A DNA stretch of 62,214 nt, the filler included, from Pirum gemmata (lineage: Eukaryota), in NCBI GenBank assembly GCA_002812295.1. It is 22 parts of 22 records of this genome, joined end to end, with 100 filler letters (N's around TTAATTAATTAA, not from the genome) between each part and the next. Parts side by side here need not be neighbours in the genome. Positions count along the whole stretch, not along the records: positions 11,578 to 14,245 come from PDIN01005006.1; positions 14,346 to 17,054 come from PDIN01005007.1; positions 17,155 to 19,863 come from PDIN01005008.1; positions 19,964 to 23,361 come from PDIN01005009.1; positions 23,462 to 26,134 come from PDIN01005010.1; 17 more parts are not named here. The stretch is one strand, 5' to 3'. A model generated the notes under the pieces. It searched no databases, was not told the DNA's origin, and worked only from the letters and a program-made list of their open reading frames with translations. The position numbers and the translations under genes were made by a program. Below, in pieces: positions 12,899-25,900 of this stretch. The first letter of the stretch is position 1, and every line of letters begins with the position of its first letter.

Positions 12899-13212
12899 TA
12901 TTATTATTATTTATTATTTATCTATTTATTGGCATTTGGATATATATGGATTTGAAAAGTTTGATAATAATTCTTTTGGTATTTATTCTTTTTTCTTTAT
13001 TTTTCTTTATTATCAAAAACTAACGAATTGAACGTAATTATGATAATGAATTAAGTAAAATTTTAAAAAACTCTTATATTTAATCAATAAATTATAGAAC
13101 AATTTTGTATAAATTATGCCAACGAAACTTTGCAACAAGAATTCAATTCTCACGTGTTTAAAAAGGAACAAGATGATTATGTTTCTGAAGAAATTCAGTG
13201 GTCTTTTATTGG
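12572..13212 (+). CDS. Myosin motor domain, internal exons (switch II / relay helix)
   Basis: 12925-12978 reads FIGI(L)[13 protein letters not shown] with one T missing. GT-AG intron 12979-13097. 13098-13212 reads [39 protein letters not shown] preceding acidic AG...GT exon lies at 12572-12728. Confidence 0.9.
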
Positions 13213-13830
13213 GTACCTATACCCAAGCTAAACCCTAACCATAACCCTAACCCTAACCCTAACCATAACCCTAAAGCTAAAGGTTAAACCACCACCACCA
13301 CCACCACTGCCATCACTACCACCACCACCACTGCCATCACTACCACCACCACCATCACTACCACCACCACTATTACTACTACCACTACGGCTATTATTAA
13401 TACTACTATTACCACCACCACTATCACCACTATCACTACTACCATTATGATCACTATTACGACTACTATTACCACATCACCATCACCACCACCACCACTA
13501 CTATTGATGATATTGATCAATTAACAATAAACAGGTTTAAGATATTAAACCACTTCTACCACCACCACCACCACCACCAATACTAACGATATTAATCTAT
13601 TAGCAATAAACAGCTTTAAACATAACGTATCCCCTATCGCCACCCCCACCCCCACCACTACATATTTTAACAATGATATCAACAATGATAATAAGCAAAT
13701 AAAATAACAATAATGATAATAATAATAAATAATAATAATAAAATTTAAACTTAAACTTAATAACGACAACAAACACTTAAACTTAAAGACTCTATTAAAT
13801 AATCTAAACCATTACATCCACCGCACCACC

Positions 13831-14056
13831 GGGAGATGCGGGAAAAACTATCAAATCGAGACTAGTTCGAATCTTTCGAAATTTTTCGATCTAATTTTAA
13901 ATATTAACTCACTTTTGATTTCATTAAAAAATTCTTAAAAATTCTTAGAAATTTCATAGAAAAAACTTGAAACTCGAAAAAAAAAGAATATCATTTCAAA
14001 ATTGTCATTATTTAATAATTAAGATCGAGCTGTTTGATTCGATTATGTTTTCCCGC
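13831..14056 (+). mobile_element. MITE family E
   Basis: TIR GGGAGATGCGGGAAAA...ATCGAATC / GATTCGAT...TTTTCCCGC. Reverse copy at ~51908-52100; partial copies at ~11785-11840 and ~12160-12250. Confidence 0.8.
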
Positions 14057-14345
14057 CCCCACACCCGCACCGCACCCGCACTGCACCCCACTTCTATCCT
14101 CACCACCACCATCACTCCTAATGATATTAATATATTAGCAATAAACAGATTTCAAGATAACAAATCACTTCCACTACTGCTACTACCACCACCACGTTGT
14201 TGTTGTTTTTGTTTTTGTTTTTGTTTTTGTTTTTGTTGTTGTTGTNNNNNNNNNNNNNNNNNNNNNNNNNNNNNNNNNNNNNNNNNNNNTTAATTAATTA
14301 ANNNNNNNNNNNNNNNNNNNNNNNNNNNNNNNNNNNNNNNNNNNN

Positions 14346-14493
14346 AACATGAGGGGTAATTTAGGGTACTATTTTTCCAAATCGTTACGTCATAAGGGGT
14401 AGGTAGTCCTTCTCAAACGTGACAGGGAGTTACATGGGGGTAGTAGGGTAGGTTTTTGTCCAAATCGGCGTTACGTAATTATTGAACGCTCCC
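14346..14493 (-). mobile_element. PIF/Harbinger MITE, partial copy of the 46884 element
   Basis: Ends GCGTTACGTAATTATTGAACGCTCCC|TTA. Internal sequence is the reverse complement of 46884-46990. Confidence 0.85.
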
Positions 14494-15005
14494 TTATGAT
14501 ATCGATATCATATCATATATCAGATATATAGCACTGCTATCGATACTACTAGTAGAAGTGAAGTAAGTATCTTTTAGCTACTATCGTGCTTATCAGTTTG
14601 TTTTGTCAACTGTTTGGTCACTAGTGTTTTGTCATCATAAAGTATACAAAAAAAGAGTACCAAATATTAATACAATATAAATCCATTTCATTTTTCATTT
14701 GGTATAATTATTTTATTAACTATTTTATTATCTATTTATTAGTTATTTATTCATTTAAAGAAAGTTAATTTAAATACTATTTAAATAGTATGAAAAGCAC
14801 AATAGTATGACAGTTACTGCAGTTACCTTTTGGAGTAACAAAATAAATGAAAAGCACAATAGTACGACAGTTACTGCAGTTACCTAGCTAGTAGCTAATA
14901 ACACTATAATAAAGCTTCTAATAACTACCCTTCAAAATTTTTCTTTTTTTTTTTTTTTTTTTCTTGAAAGAATTCAAAGGAGGTTACAGAAAAAACCACT
15001 CACAT

Positions 15006-15764
15006 TCAAACACGTTCAAAGACCTTAATTAAAGACTCCATGCTATTATTCACTAGTAACATATTATCTTTGATTACCAATAAGTCTTTGCCATTCATTT
15101 TGTGTGATGTACTCATCATATCATTACCCACATAATAATCGACAATGACTGGAATTTTTTTCGGCATTTTATCTGTTTGTCTTTGTCTTTGTTTCGCTTC
15201 ATACACGTCCAACATTCCTTGACTAGGTCCTGCTTGTTGTACCTGAGTTTTTGAATAATAATTATTAATATTTACTTGCAAAAAATAGTTAGAAACATTA
15301 CTTTTAAACAAAACAATAATTATTAATACCTGAGACTCTTCTTGTTCCCCAGTGTTGCTATCAATAACTTCTTCAGGTTTTTCAGTATTAGTGACATCAA
15401 CAACTTCTGTAGGTTTTTCTTTATCTTTGGAGTCTTTAGTAATTTTCATTTTTTTACTTCCTAACTGAGGAGCACTCCGAGTTCGTTTATTGGTTTCTCT
15501 TTTCAAAAATACTCGTTTCTTCTTCACGTCTTCCTTTCTGACAATAAAGCGTTTAGTTTCATATACTAAAGTGTAATCTTCTTCTTTCACTTTCTCTTTC
15601 TCATGTTTCGCTAGAAATTTGCCCATGCATTGAAAGTAATTCTTCTTTTTCCCGCTTTGCTTTATCGAAATACATGTCAAGGTCGACTAAATCTACTTCA
15701 TCTTCCGGTATTTCTACTACTTCATCTTCAACAGTATAGACAACGTCTTCATTCTTTGAACTAC
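15006..15764 (-). pseudogene. Charged low-complexity protein of unknown function with an apparent frameshift
   Basis: An AG-acceptor exon reads GSSKNEDVVYTVEDEVVEIPEDEVDLVDLDMYFDKAKREKEELLSMHGQISSET*, then shifts into the 224-aa ORF. There is a plausible in-frame 87-nt GT-AG intron at 15329-15243. Confidence 0.4.
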
Positions 15765-16329
15765 CTGTAAGGGTTAGTTGTGGTGGTCTGTCTCTCCCCA
15801 GGCTAGCTATCAGAGCTAAACTACATTGATAGTAGTATCGTGCTTTTCAGTTGTTTTGTCATCATAAAATATAAAAAATATACAAAAAAGAGTACCAAAT
15901 TAATACAATATAAATCCATTTTATTTAAAACTTGGTATAATTTATTATCTATTTATTTATTTAGAAACGTCAATTTTATTTAAATATCATAATCAACCAA
16001 GTAAATATTTGGAGTGACACAAAATAAATGAAAAGCAGAATAGTACATCGATAATCGATTGACCTGTTTATCTATAGATATTATTTAATAGCACAGTATG
16101 ATATATTTATTACTCATGATTATTTTTTTTAAAATCAGCTACTCTACTATGATAGACTTATGATAGCTAGAATATTATTTTAATTAAAAAATGTATCATA
16201 TCTTTGATAGTTTTATCGATTATTGTAGGTCCTCTATTGTACTCTGTAGGTACCAAAAACTCCATGAAAAGACAAGTTTCTTTTTGCTGGGGTCTTTGTA
16301 GAACTCTTTGTAGGTACGTATAGCTGTAC

Positions 16330-16592
16330 GTATTAGTTGTATTAGTGTTCAAATGTTCACACTATCCGGCCTACCTTACTCCTACCCAACATGGGGTGGG
16401 TCCTCACTTTCCATGAGATTAGAGCTTCTTATTATACGCTCGATTGTAGGGCATGTTTTTCTTATGTTATGCATGTACTTAGAAAGTTCACCCATTGTTA
16501 GCACATCTCCCTGACGGTCACCTACTAGGGGACTCGAACCGCGACATTCGAGTTGGTTAATGGGTGTGTTAATCACGGGGCCACTATCCATC
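16330..16592 (-). mobile_element. Candidate tRNA-derived SINE
   Basis: A-box-like TGGCCCCGTGA(TTAA) at 16583-16573 and B-box GGTTCGAGTCC at 16540-16530, 32 nt apart. GC-richer body ends in an ACTAATAC repeat. No intact cloverleaf; single copy in this window. Confidence 0.4.
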
Positions 16593-16891
16593 CGAGTCCT
16601 TATAGCGACTGGATCTTCACTAGACTACTACTAGTAGTAGTAGCTAGTAGTATACGTAAGTACCCTTTCTTTTGTTTCGACATTTGGCAGCAGTGCTGGC
16701 AGAGGATCGAATGATCGATATGATAATAAGGTTTCTTGATATAATGTATACGTATATATGATATGATATCAATAGTTATATCGATATCAATACCAAAAAA
16801 AAAAATGCTGCTATGATATTATGATATATGTTATCAAAGAGTTATCAACTATGATAGCTAGCTAGCTAGACTCAGCACATTATCATTCTTG

Positions 16892-16922
<31 letters not shown>

Positions 16923-19473
16923 ATAGGTTAGCAGTAGGTTAGCTATCATAGCTAGCTGCTAGCTATCATACAGATTCATAGCTAGCTAGCTAGGAAACTA
17001 CTACTAACTACTAGCCAGGCCGTGAAAAAAAAACTAAATAATAATATAATAATANNNNNNNNNNNNNNNNNNNNNNNNNNNNNNNNNNNNNNNNNNNNTT
17101 AATTAATTAANNNNNNNNNNNNNNNNNNNNNNNNNNNNNNNNNNNNNNNNNNNNGCTAATAATGAAGGCAATAAAACTCGATTATGACAATTTATGAGAC
17201 AATCCAATGGCCAGTTTTCAAAAATAATTTGGCTGGTTATTTAAAAAAAAAATTATTAAAAAAAAAAATTTCTACAGTTTTATCCAGCTGTTAAAAAAAA
17301 AAAATATAACCCTTTTAAAATTATTCAAGGACTTCAAAACTTTTTTTTTTTGAAGACCTTGACTACTTGTAGTCTATTATTTTATATATTTTTTTATTTT
17401 TATTACTAGACCTATCCTATATTAAAAAAATTTTACTACAAATCCAGGACCAAGAGTAATCCAAGCTAGCTACTAGTAGAGTAGCTACTTTCAATACGGT
17501 AATACTAGGTATTAATTAAAATATTATTATAGCTACTATTATTATAACTATTATTATGATATAATGCGAGACTATGATAGCATAATATTATTATACAAAG
17601 ACTAGCTAGTCAAAGACTCCATTTTATAGACATAGACTATCATAAAAAAAAAAAATCTTCTCAAAAAAACTTTTTACGTCATTTTTGCGTCAAACCAATG
17701 AAAAAAAAAAATTTAGACTCGACGAAAATGGTGTAGAAACGGCAAAATCTGAAGATGGAATTGAATCTAGAAGGGTATTTTTGTATTTTTGTCAAGTTGT
17801 CAACTAAGGCATCTAGATTGGTATTTTTAGAGACGTTTGAAATTTGAATCGATATCTTTTTTGATCCTTTATTTCGCTCAAAAAAAAGTGTATCCAGATG
17901 TCAATTAAAGAGTTTAAAATACCAATCTAGATATCTTAGTTGACAAAATGTGAAAGTGAGATGCTGAAGTGAGACGAAGAAGTGAACATAATATTATAAT
18001 ATTATTTTAAAATTTACTATATATTTTGTTGTATATAATATTAATATAACTATAATATATTAAATTTTTTTTACAAAGAATCCACTACTATCATACTAAT
18101 CCACTCCTCTTGTACCACTGTTGTACCTTTTGTAACATTCTTAGATTTGAGTATAATATTATCGTCTATTTTATTACTGTTATCCTCTCGATCTTTAACT
18201 TGGTGATGCTTAATTAATAGCTTAATTAAGTGTATAATTGAACTTGCTTATAAAATTTAAATGCAATATTAATATTAATATTAATTAATATTAATTATAA
18301 AATACCAAATCAATTAAAAAATGTCTACTTTTACTATAATAATGATTTGGTACGTTTTATTTCAGCTTTTGGACAAAATAATCGAAAAATGTGCATCCTA
18401 GGAAAAATAAAGACAATTTTTTTATATATTTATATTATATCATATTTATATATAATTATCAATGATATATATATATTATCACAGCGCTATTAAAATTATG
18501 ACACCTTCTATAGCTAGTTGTAGGTCTCGTGGCTAAATTTCGAAATCAAGAGAAGTAACTAGCAAAGCTACTGCACATTTTAATAATTTTGACCTAACAA
18601 CGTTTTAACTAATCTCTGGTATAACAAAGCTCTGCAAGTTTAAAAATTAATATTTTATTTTAGCACATTATTGTACTTTTCTAGTCTATTTCCTGGTTGC
18701 ATTACTGTCTACCTGGTACAATAACTTTCATACACCAATGGGTAAAGTGTAAAGTGCCAGTCGACACGGTAAGTCGATTAATATATTAAACCATATATTT
18801 TTTTAAAAAGGTGACTAACCCGACTTAATATACAAGATTGTTGCAATATTTTTTAAAAAAATAAACTTCAATATTCTACTTCTCGTAAATTAAAAACAAA
18901 AAAACAACGTTTTTTAACTAAATATGATATGATATTATTATAGCTTTTTTTTTTTATCATATGCCTCATATTAAAAATATATATATTTCATAGCCTGACT
19001 AAGCCAGCTTGGTGCTCATAAAGACTAGCCAGAGCTCAAATAATCAGGGCCGCCTATTAATTAATAAGGCTGTAGAGTAGTTACTACACATGTATCAGAT
19101 ACTAAGGTAAGCTAGTTAGAGTAGCTACTAGCTAGAGCTAGCTAGTAGTGTTGATATGAATCATATCATAATATGATATCGTAGTCAACGGTATTTCTCG
19201 ATCTGGCTCAATTTGAGCTCAATTTTACGAATTATTTGAAATTGAGCAACAATAAATCATTTCTATTCGTCATTTATTTTGAAAGCACCATAATGATGGC
19301 CTAAATTCCGCCTAATACCCTAATGTGTGGCTTACTGTTGGGTGGCTTAGCTGGGTGGCTTAGGTCTACGTGACTACGTAGTGTGTGGGCTCCCTCCCAC
19401 CATTGAGGTCAATCCGTTTTTTTTTTTTTTATCATTTATCTAGTTTCATTATAATATCAACAATATCACATCC

Positions 19474-19531
<58 letters not shown>

Positions 19532-20872
19532 ATAAACATAGTATAAACATCCACCATAATCAAAAATAAATTTAAAAATAATATGAAGTTAATAACATAA
19601 CTAGTTAATATGAGCTCAAAAATCCAAAAAATCTCAAAATGCCAATTTTAATGAAAGTAAGTATAGTACCGTACCAGTGTGATAATGACGGAAATGAAAA
19701 TTAATGCTCGAGAGAAAATTCACTTGTTCCCTTACCAACTACCACAAGGTGCTAATAATGAAGGCAATAAAACTCGATTATGACAATTTATGAGACAATC
19801 CAATGGCCAGTTTTCAAAAATAATTTGGCTGGTTATTTAAAAAAAAAATTATTAAAAAAAAAANNNNNNNNNNNNNNNNNNNNNNNNNNNNNNNNNNNNN
19901 NNNNNNNTTAATTAATTAANNNNNNNNNNNNNNNNNNNNNNNNNNNNNNNNNNNNNNNNNNNNTTTTTATTTTTTCTCTGATGAAAAAAAAAAAGGGGGT
20001 AGTCAAAAAAATTTAGCATTTTGAAAACGAAAAAAATTGAATTTTTTATTTTTATTATGTTTTTGTATTTTTGTTTTTTAAATTTTTCAAATTTCAAAAA
20101 GTTATAAAAGGAGACCTTTTTCCCCGGAAAATTTAAAAAAATCAAGACTCTAAAAAATAAAACAATAAAAAAAAAATAAAAAAAAAACTTGAGTTTTCTT
20201 TTCTACTTACTGAAGTGGCAAAACACCGATTTTTGTGGCTGTTGTTGTTGTTGTTGTTGATTTTGGTCATCGTGACTTCGTTGTAGTTAACTGTACTGTT
20301 TGTGTTGGTTGTGAGCGTCGTCGTTGTTCGTTCGTTGAGTTGTTTTCATGGTCGTGGTCTGCGTCATCATCATCGTCGTCGTCGTTATGCTTGTCGTTGA
20401 TCGAGTATAAAAATAGTGATAGGTATGGGTTGTTGTAATATGGATTGTTGTAATGATGCCGCGGATGTTGTTGTGGATGTTGTACATGTCGTTGTTGTTG
20501 TTGCTGTGGTTGCCGTGGTTGCTGTGGTTGCTGTGGTTGTGGTTATTAGAAAAAATGTAAAATAAATTTTAAATAAATTATTGTAAAAATTGTTTTGTAA
20601 AATTTAGAAGTAATTTTATTCAAAAGTTCCATTCTATTTCTGCCTTTTACACTTTTTCATAATTCTAAATTTTCTCTCTTTTTAATCTTAGCCCTTTTTN
20701 GTTGTTGTTGTTGTTAGTATTATTATTATTAGTATTATTAGCATTAGTATTATTATTATTACCATTATATTAAAACCTATGCATTAAATTAAGTTCACTT
20801 ACTTTCTGATTAGTATTTGTACCTTTTTTTTTACGTTTTCTTCTCACGTTTTATCGTTAATTGCTTCTCTAG

Positions 20873-22160
20873 ACCTGTCAATGTTCGAGGTCGGTTTAGT
20901 TTTTGCCAAAAATGCAATAGACAACGTTGAAATCCCTATAACTGTTATTCACAAGAAAGGGATTTGCCTAGATTCTAGCAACAAAATGATATGTTACGTT
21001 TATGGTGCCTATGGGGAAATTTTACAACGCAATTTTTCGTTTGAACGTTTACCTTTATTGAATGATGACTGGGTGATTGCTCTTTGTCATGTGAGAGGTA
21101 TGTATTCTTATTGTAACTATTATTATTTTTGTTATTTTAGATATTTAATGGCACTTTTTATCTATTTTTTGGCAATGTTTATATATTATATCATCTTCGC
21201 TTACAACAATTTAAAGGTTTATTTTCATTCATTTTTTTATTTTATTTTTGGTTTTACTTAAGGTGGTGGGGAATTGGGGGACAAATGGCACAGCCAAGGG
21301 AAGCTGACGAAAAAAATAAATAGTTTCTATGATTTCGAGGCATGTATAAAGTATTTGCAAAATATTAAATGTTATAGCAACGCTTCCCAGACAGTAATTC
21401 ATGGGTCTAGTGCTGGTGGCTTACTAGTAGGAGATATTTTTGTCAATAAACCAGAGCTTATTAAATGTGCTGTCATGCGTTCCCCCTTTTTAGATATTGT
21501 TGGTGAAATGCTTGATTCTGATAGGTATTTATGAAAACTAATCGTTTACTTTTTATTATTGACCTTAGTACCCTGTTGTCTACCCGTCCCTGACTCTCTC
21601 TCTCTGACCACGAAAACTAATGATTAAATAAATAACTTCGTTTTCTTTTCTTTTTTCTTTTTTTTTTTCATCAACTTAATTTGAATTTAAATTTATTTCT
21701 TGCCAATGTAACCAATCATCATATTTCTAATCTATTTAATTTCATACGAAGGTGGTTAACCGAACATGAATTTGACGAATGGGGGAACCCTGGAGAATCA
21801 GAAGACATTTTGAAGTGCATGTATTCGTATTCCCCCTTCGAATCAATCTCCTACATTAACAATTTTGACAAAACTGACAACTCCACGCATAGTAAATACA
21901 GTGATGGAAAGGACTTTCCTAATCTTTATATCTCAACTAACTTAGTTGATCCTGTTGTTCCGTTTTGCCATTCAGTAAAATTCACTCTTGAAATCAGAAA
22001 ACAACTTTCGATGGTATCGCGAAATAGGAGAAATGTTGAGAATGTTCTTTTAAACATAAATCCTTATGAAGAGGGTCATGTAACTATGTCTTGGGGTGAT
22101 ATCAGTGCTGAATATAGTTTTATTTATGATTCGCTTCAATTACAACAAAAGAATGTTTAA
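20873..22160 (+). CDS. Prolyl oligopeptidase family S9A (oligopeptidase B/PREPL-like), C-terminal catalytic exons
   Basis: Exons 20873-21097, 21263-21524 and 21752-22160 splice in frame via GT-AG. Motifs: YVYGAYG, HVR|GGGELGDKW, KKINSFYDF, GSSAGG nucleophile, PFLD, EFDEWGNP, YSP, DPVV, EGH. Confidence 0.95.
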
Positions 22161-22499
22161 TAGCTGTGTTAAATAAATTTTTCTAATGCAATGTTGTCTA
22201 AAGTGTTGATACCTGAATGGATGGTAGAGATGTAATTATTATCAATTAAATCGAAAACTTAAATTATTGGAGAAAAACAAACGGAATGATATATAATTTT
22301 TGATAGAAACACCAAATTTCTGCTGAAACTCCAAAAACAAGACCCTAAATAACTGTATAAAAAAACAAAAATAACAATAAAATTAACTTTCACTAAAATA
22401 TAAATTTCACATGTTACTTACAACATAACAGCATGACAATATAAACCAGACAACATTGTTACTAATGAGAGTACCAATAACAGTACTGGTGATAGTGTT

Positions 22500-22960
22500 A
22501 CTCTTCTCGTAATTTGTCATGGGTTCATTCCAGTTAAGGTGGACACACAGAGTTGCTGTTGTAGGTGATAAGTTGTAGATGATAAGGTTGTTGCTGTTAT
22601 CCTTCTGCTGTTTGTGATTTTGTTTTGTTGTTGTCGTTTTCTGTTCTGTTCTTGTGGTATCACGAAGCATTTGGTTTTGGCTTGTGTATCCTCAAAACAA
22701 TGCCATTGATTGGGGTTTCTGCCTTCCCATTCGACCTGGAAGTATTCTTCCCTCACCTTCGCTCATGATCTCGTAGAAGTAGAAGTAGAATGTGTCGCTT
22801 TCTGTCCATGATGTTTTATTCACCATTCCTTGGATCATTGCTTCAAGGACCGTGTCATTGATTGGAATCTTTAGTTTATATAACCTTGTAATTATTGCTG
22901 TTGTTCTTCCCTATCCGCAAATACGCTAATATTTGTTCCTTCTGGACTAACATTATTGAT
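22500..22960 (-). mobile_element. Decayed non-LTR retrotransposon reverse-transcriptase fragment
   Basis: INNVSPEGTNISVFAD...RFQSMTRSLKQ*SKEW*IKHHGQKSDTFYF resembles the LINE RT pattern 'IND...ISLFADD...LQ..L..W...W.IK.N..K....F'. Several stops. Confidence 0.45.
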
Positions 22961-25900
22961 TATTAATTGTTTTTTGATTGTTTTGATTGCTTACTTATTG
23001 TTGATTATTAAGTATTGTTCGTAGATAGTAAATAATTTTTGAAAATAGGGCTATGTTAATAACAATGATGATTGTTTAAAATAGACAATAATAGACTGAA
23101 TAATAAATGACGTAATCATCAACATATTGAATAGTTATAAAAATAATACATACATATTCCCCTGCATAAACAAGAAAAGGGAAACGACACTACTGGCAAT
23201 AGATAACTGGGGTGCTAGTGTGACAACAATGAAAAAGAGTGCGACTGTTTTACAGATATCGAAAATCCGCACCAACTACATCAATACACACAACCATATC
23301 AACAACAAGCAATACAACAAGTAATACAGCAGTGATCAACCTTATCATCATTCATTATCCANNNNNNNNNNNNNNNNNNNNNNNNNNNNNNNNNNNNNNN
23401 NNNNNTTAATTAATTAANNNNNNNNNNNNNNNNNNNNNNNNNNNNNNNNNNNNNNNNNNNNATAATAATAATATTAATAATAATAATAATTTTTTTCGTA
23501 AATTTTCTGCCAAAAATTTTTTTATAAACTTTTGAATTTGTCACAACAGCCCTAGAAAAGTCTAATAAATTAATCATAATAAATAATAATTATAATTAAA
23601 AAAACACTCCTTTTTTAAGTGCAGTGTACCAATTAAAGGTTCAAAACACTCTCCCTTAATTATTTTTATTAGTAAAAAAAGATTCTACGTCATTTTATTA
23701 CGTCATGGGGAAAATGAGGTGCTATGAACNNNNNNNNNNNNNNNNNNNNNNNNNNNNNNNNNNNNNNNNNNNNNNNNNNNNNNNNNNNNNNNNNNNNNNN
23801 NNNNNNNNNNNNNNNNNNNNNNNNNNNNNNNNNNNNNNNNNNNNNNNNNNNNNNNNNNNNNNNNNNNNNNNNNNNNNNNNNNNNTAGGCAAATTTCTGGA
23901 AGTTCGCCGGTCCGAGCATCCAATTGGTAAGATGACGTCATCTCATCCCTCCTCTATGAACCCACTCAGAAGATATACTGTAAATATTATAATAATATTA
24001 TAATAATATATAGCCAATTAAAGTCCCAGCAATTTGATTTTGGTTGCTAAGGATATTTTGTGTAACCTAGGTTATAGCCAATGGGTAATGATTTTTGTAC
24101 TTTTTTATATTTTTTTTAAAAAAAATTTTTTACGTATTTTTACATAGACTGGGCTAATTTACGTATTTTTGATAAAAAAAACCAAACATAATGAAAAGCA
24201 CGATAAATAATATTATTACACACACAACACAAAAAAATTGGAGCACTATTAGACTAAATAGTCAGATTACATAGCCTACGTAAGGGCCGTAACCCATTTG
24301 TTTCAGTTGGAAGAATCTTATCGATACTTTGTAGCCAGCTCTGTTTGTAGCATTTTATGATATATTCCAACTTCCAAGAGTTCCCCTCTGCAACTACTGG
24401 ACAGTAGACACCTCTACTACTATCATGTAAAGGGCGTTAACCTAATCTTACCAACTATCTTACCTATGATTGTTTGTCCAAGACATTTTTGGTCATAGTT
24501 AATTTTTTAAAAAAGTTCATACTGCCCAAAACAGTTTGAGTCACACTGTCGAGCAATGACTTCTGACGTACTTACTCCTGTACGATTTTTTTTTTCCTGT
24601 CCACTTCAATATTATTCTACTTCAATGCTTTAAAATAGTATCACCTCAATGCTACAGACAGAGTTCTAAGTCTTCTTTTGGCAGCAAAATATGACGCACA
24701 CTGACGCACTAAAGTTCGCACTAATATATAGAGAATGACGAGATTAAATTTTGGGTTGGGAGTGGTGCAGCTGGTGCTAAAGTTCATATAGTCTTATGTA
24801 GATAGCATCTACTAGCTAGTCGTATCTGATATATCATGATATAACCAGGGTTAGGGTTAGGGTTAGGGTTAGGGTTAGGGTTAGGGTTAGGGTTAGGGTT
24901 AGGGTTAGAGTTAGAGTTAAAGTTAAAGTTAGAGTTAGAGTTAGAGTTAGAATTAGAGTCATAGTTAAAGTTAGAGTTAGGAAGTATATATAGAATACCA
25001 TTAGTTAAAACATTTCTGATAGTTTTTAACCATAATAATTTTTGAACTGCACACCACTATTGAAAAACACGATAATATAATATATATTAAGGTAAACCCC
25101 CAACCCTAACTCTCACTCATCTCATCTATATTATATTAATATATAGACACCTTTTTAGCTAAATATTCTAAATATTCAGCTGCAGTCTGGACTGAATATT
25201 TAGCTGAAAAGGTGTCTTTATAATATAAAATTGTATATAACGTATAATAACATGTCCAGTTACTCTAGCCCAATACACCTTAAACTTATCCTCACTCCTC
25301 ACCCCTCACCCCTAATCCAAATTAACCCTCTATTCGCAGATGGGGAGGGGAGGCACGAGTCACATAGCTTTTAAACACTACCAATAATTTTAAAACATCA
25401 TGATAATATTATGTATAGGACTCTATTCCTCCATAGCCACTAAATATCCTGTTTTTCAATTGTTTTGTCATCATAAAATATATAATAAAGAGTACCAAAT
25501 TGATACTATATAAATCCATTTTATTTAATTTGGTATATTTTATAATCTAAGTATTAATTTAAAAATATCAAAATTAAATATTACAACCAACCAAATAAAT
25601 ATTCAGAGTGACAAAATAAATGAAAAGCACGCACAATAATATTAAATAGTTATATTAGAAAAGGGCCGAAAGAATTATAATTTATATAATAATAAATATT
25701 ATATCGGTTTCGTGTTTTTTTCAGTTCAAAAACTGAAATAAACGTAAACAAATTATTATTATAGTTAAGCTAGCAGACATGGGTTAGGGTTAGGGTTAGG
25801 GTTAGGGTTAGGGTTAGGGTTAGGGTTTATACCTTATGCTTTATTTTATAAAAAAGTTCAATTATATACTTAAACAGTACCAAATTAAAGATTGAAAGGG

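Noticed and set aside
16520..16592. Functional tRNA gene
   Set aside because: A and B boxes are present, but the T-stem and anticodon stem do not pair convincingly. Kept only as a SINE candidate.
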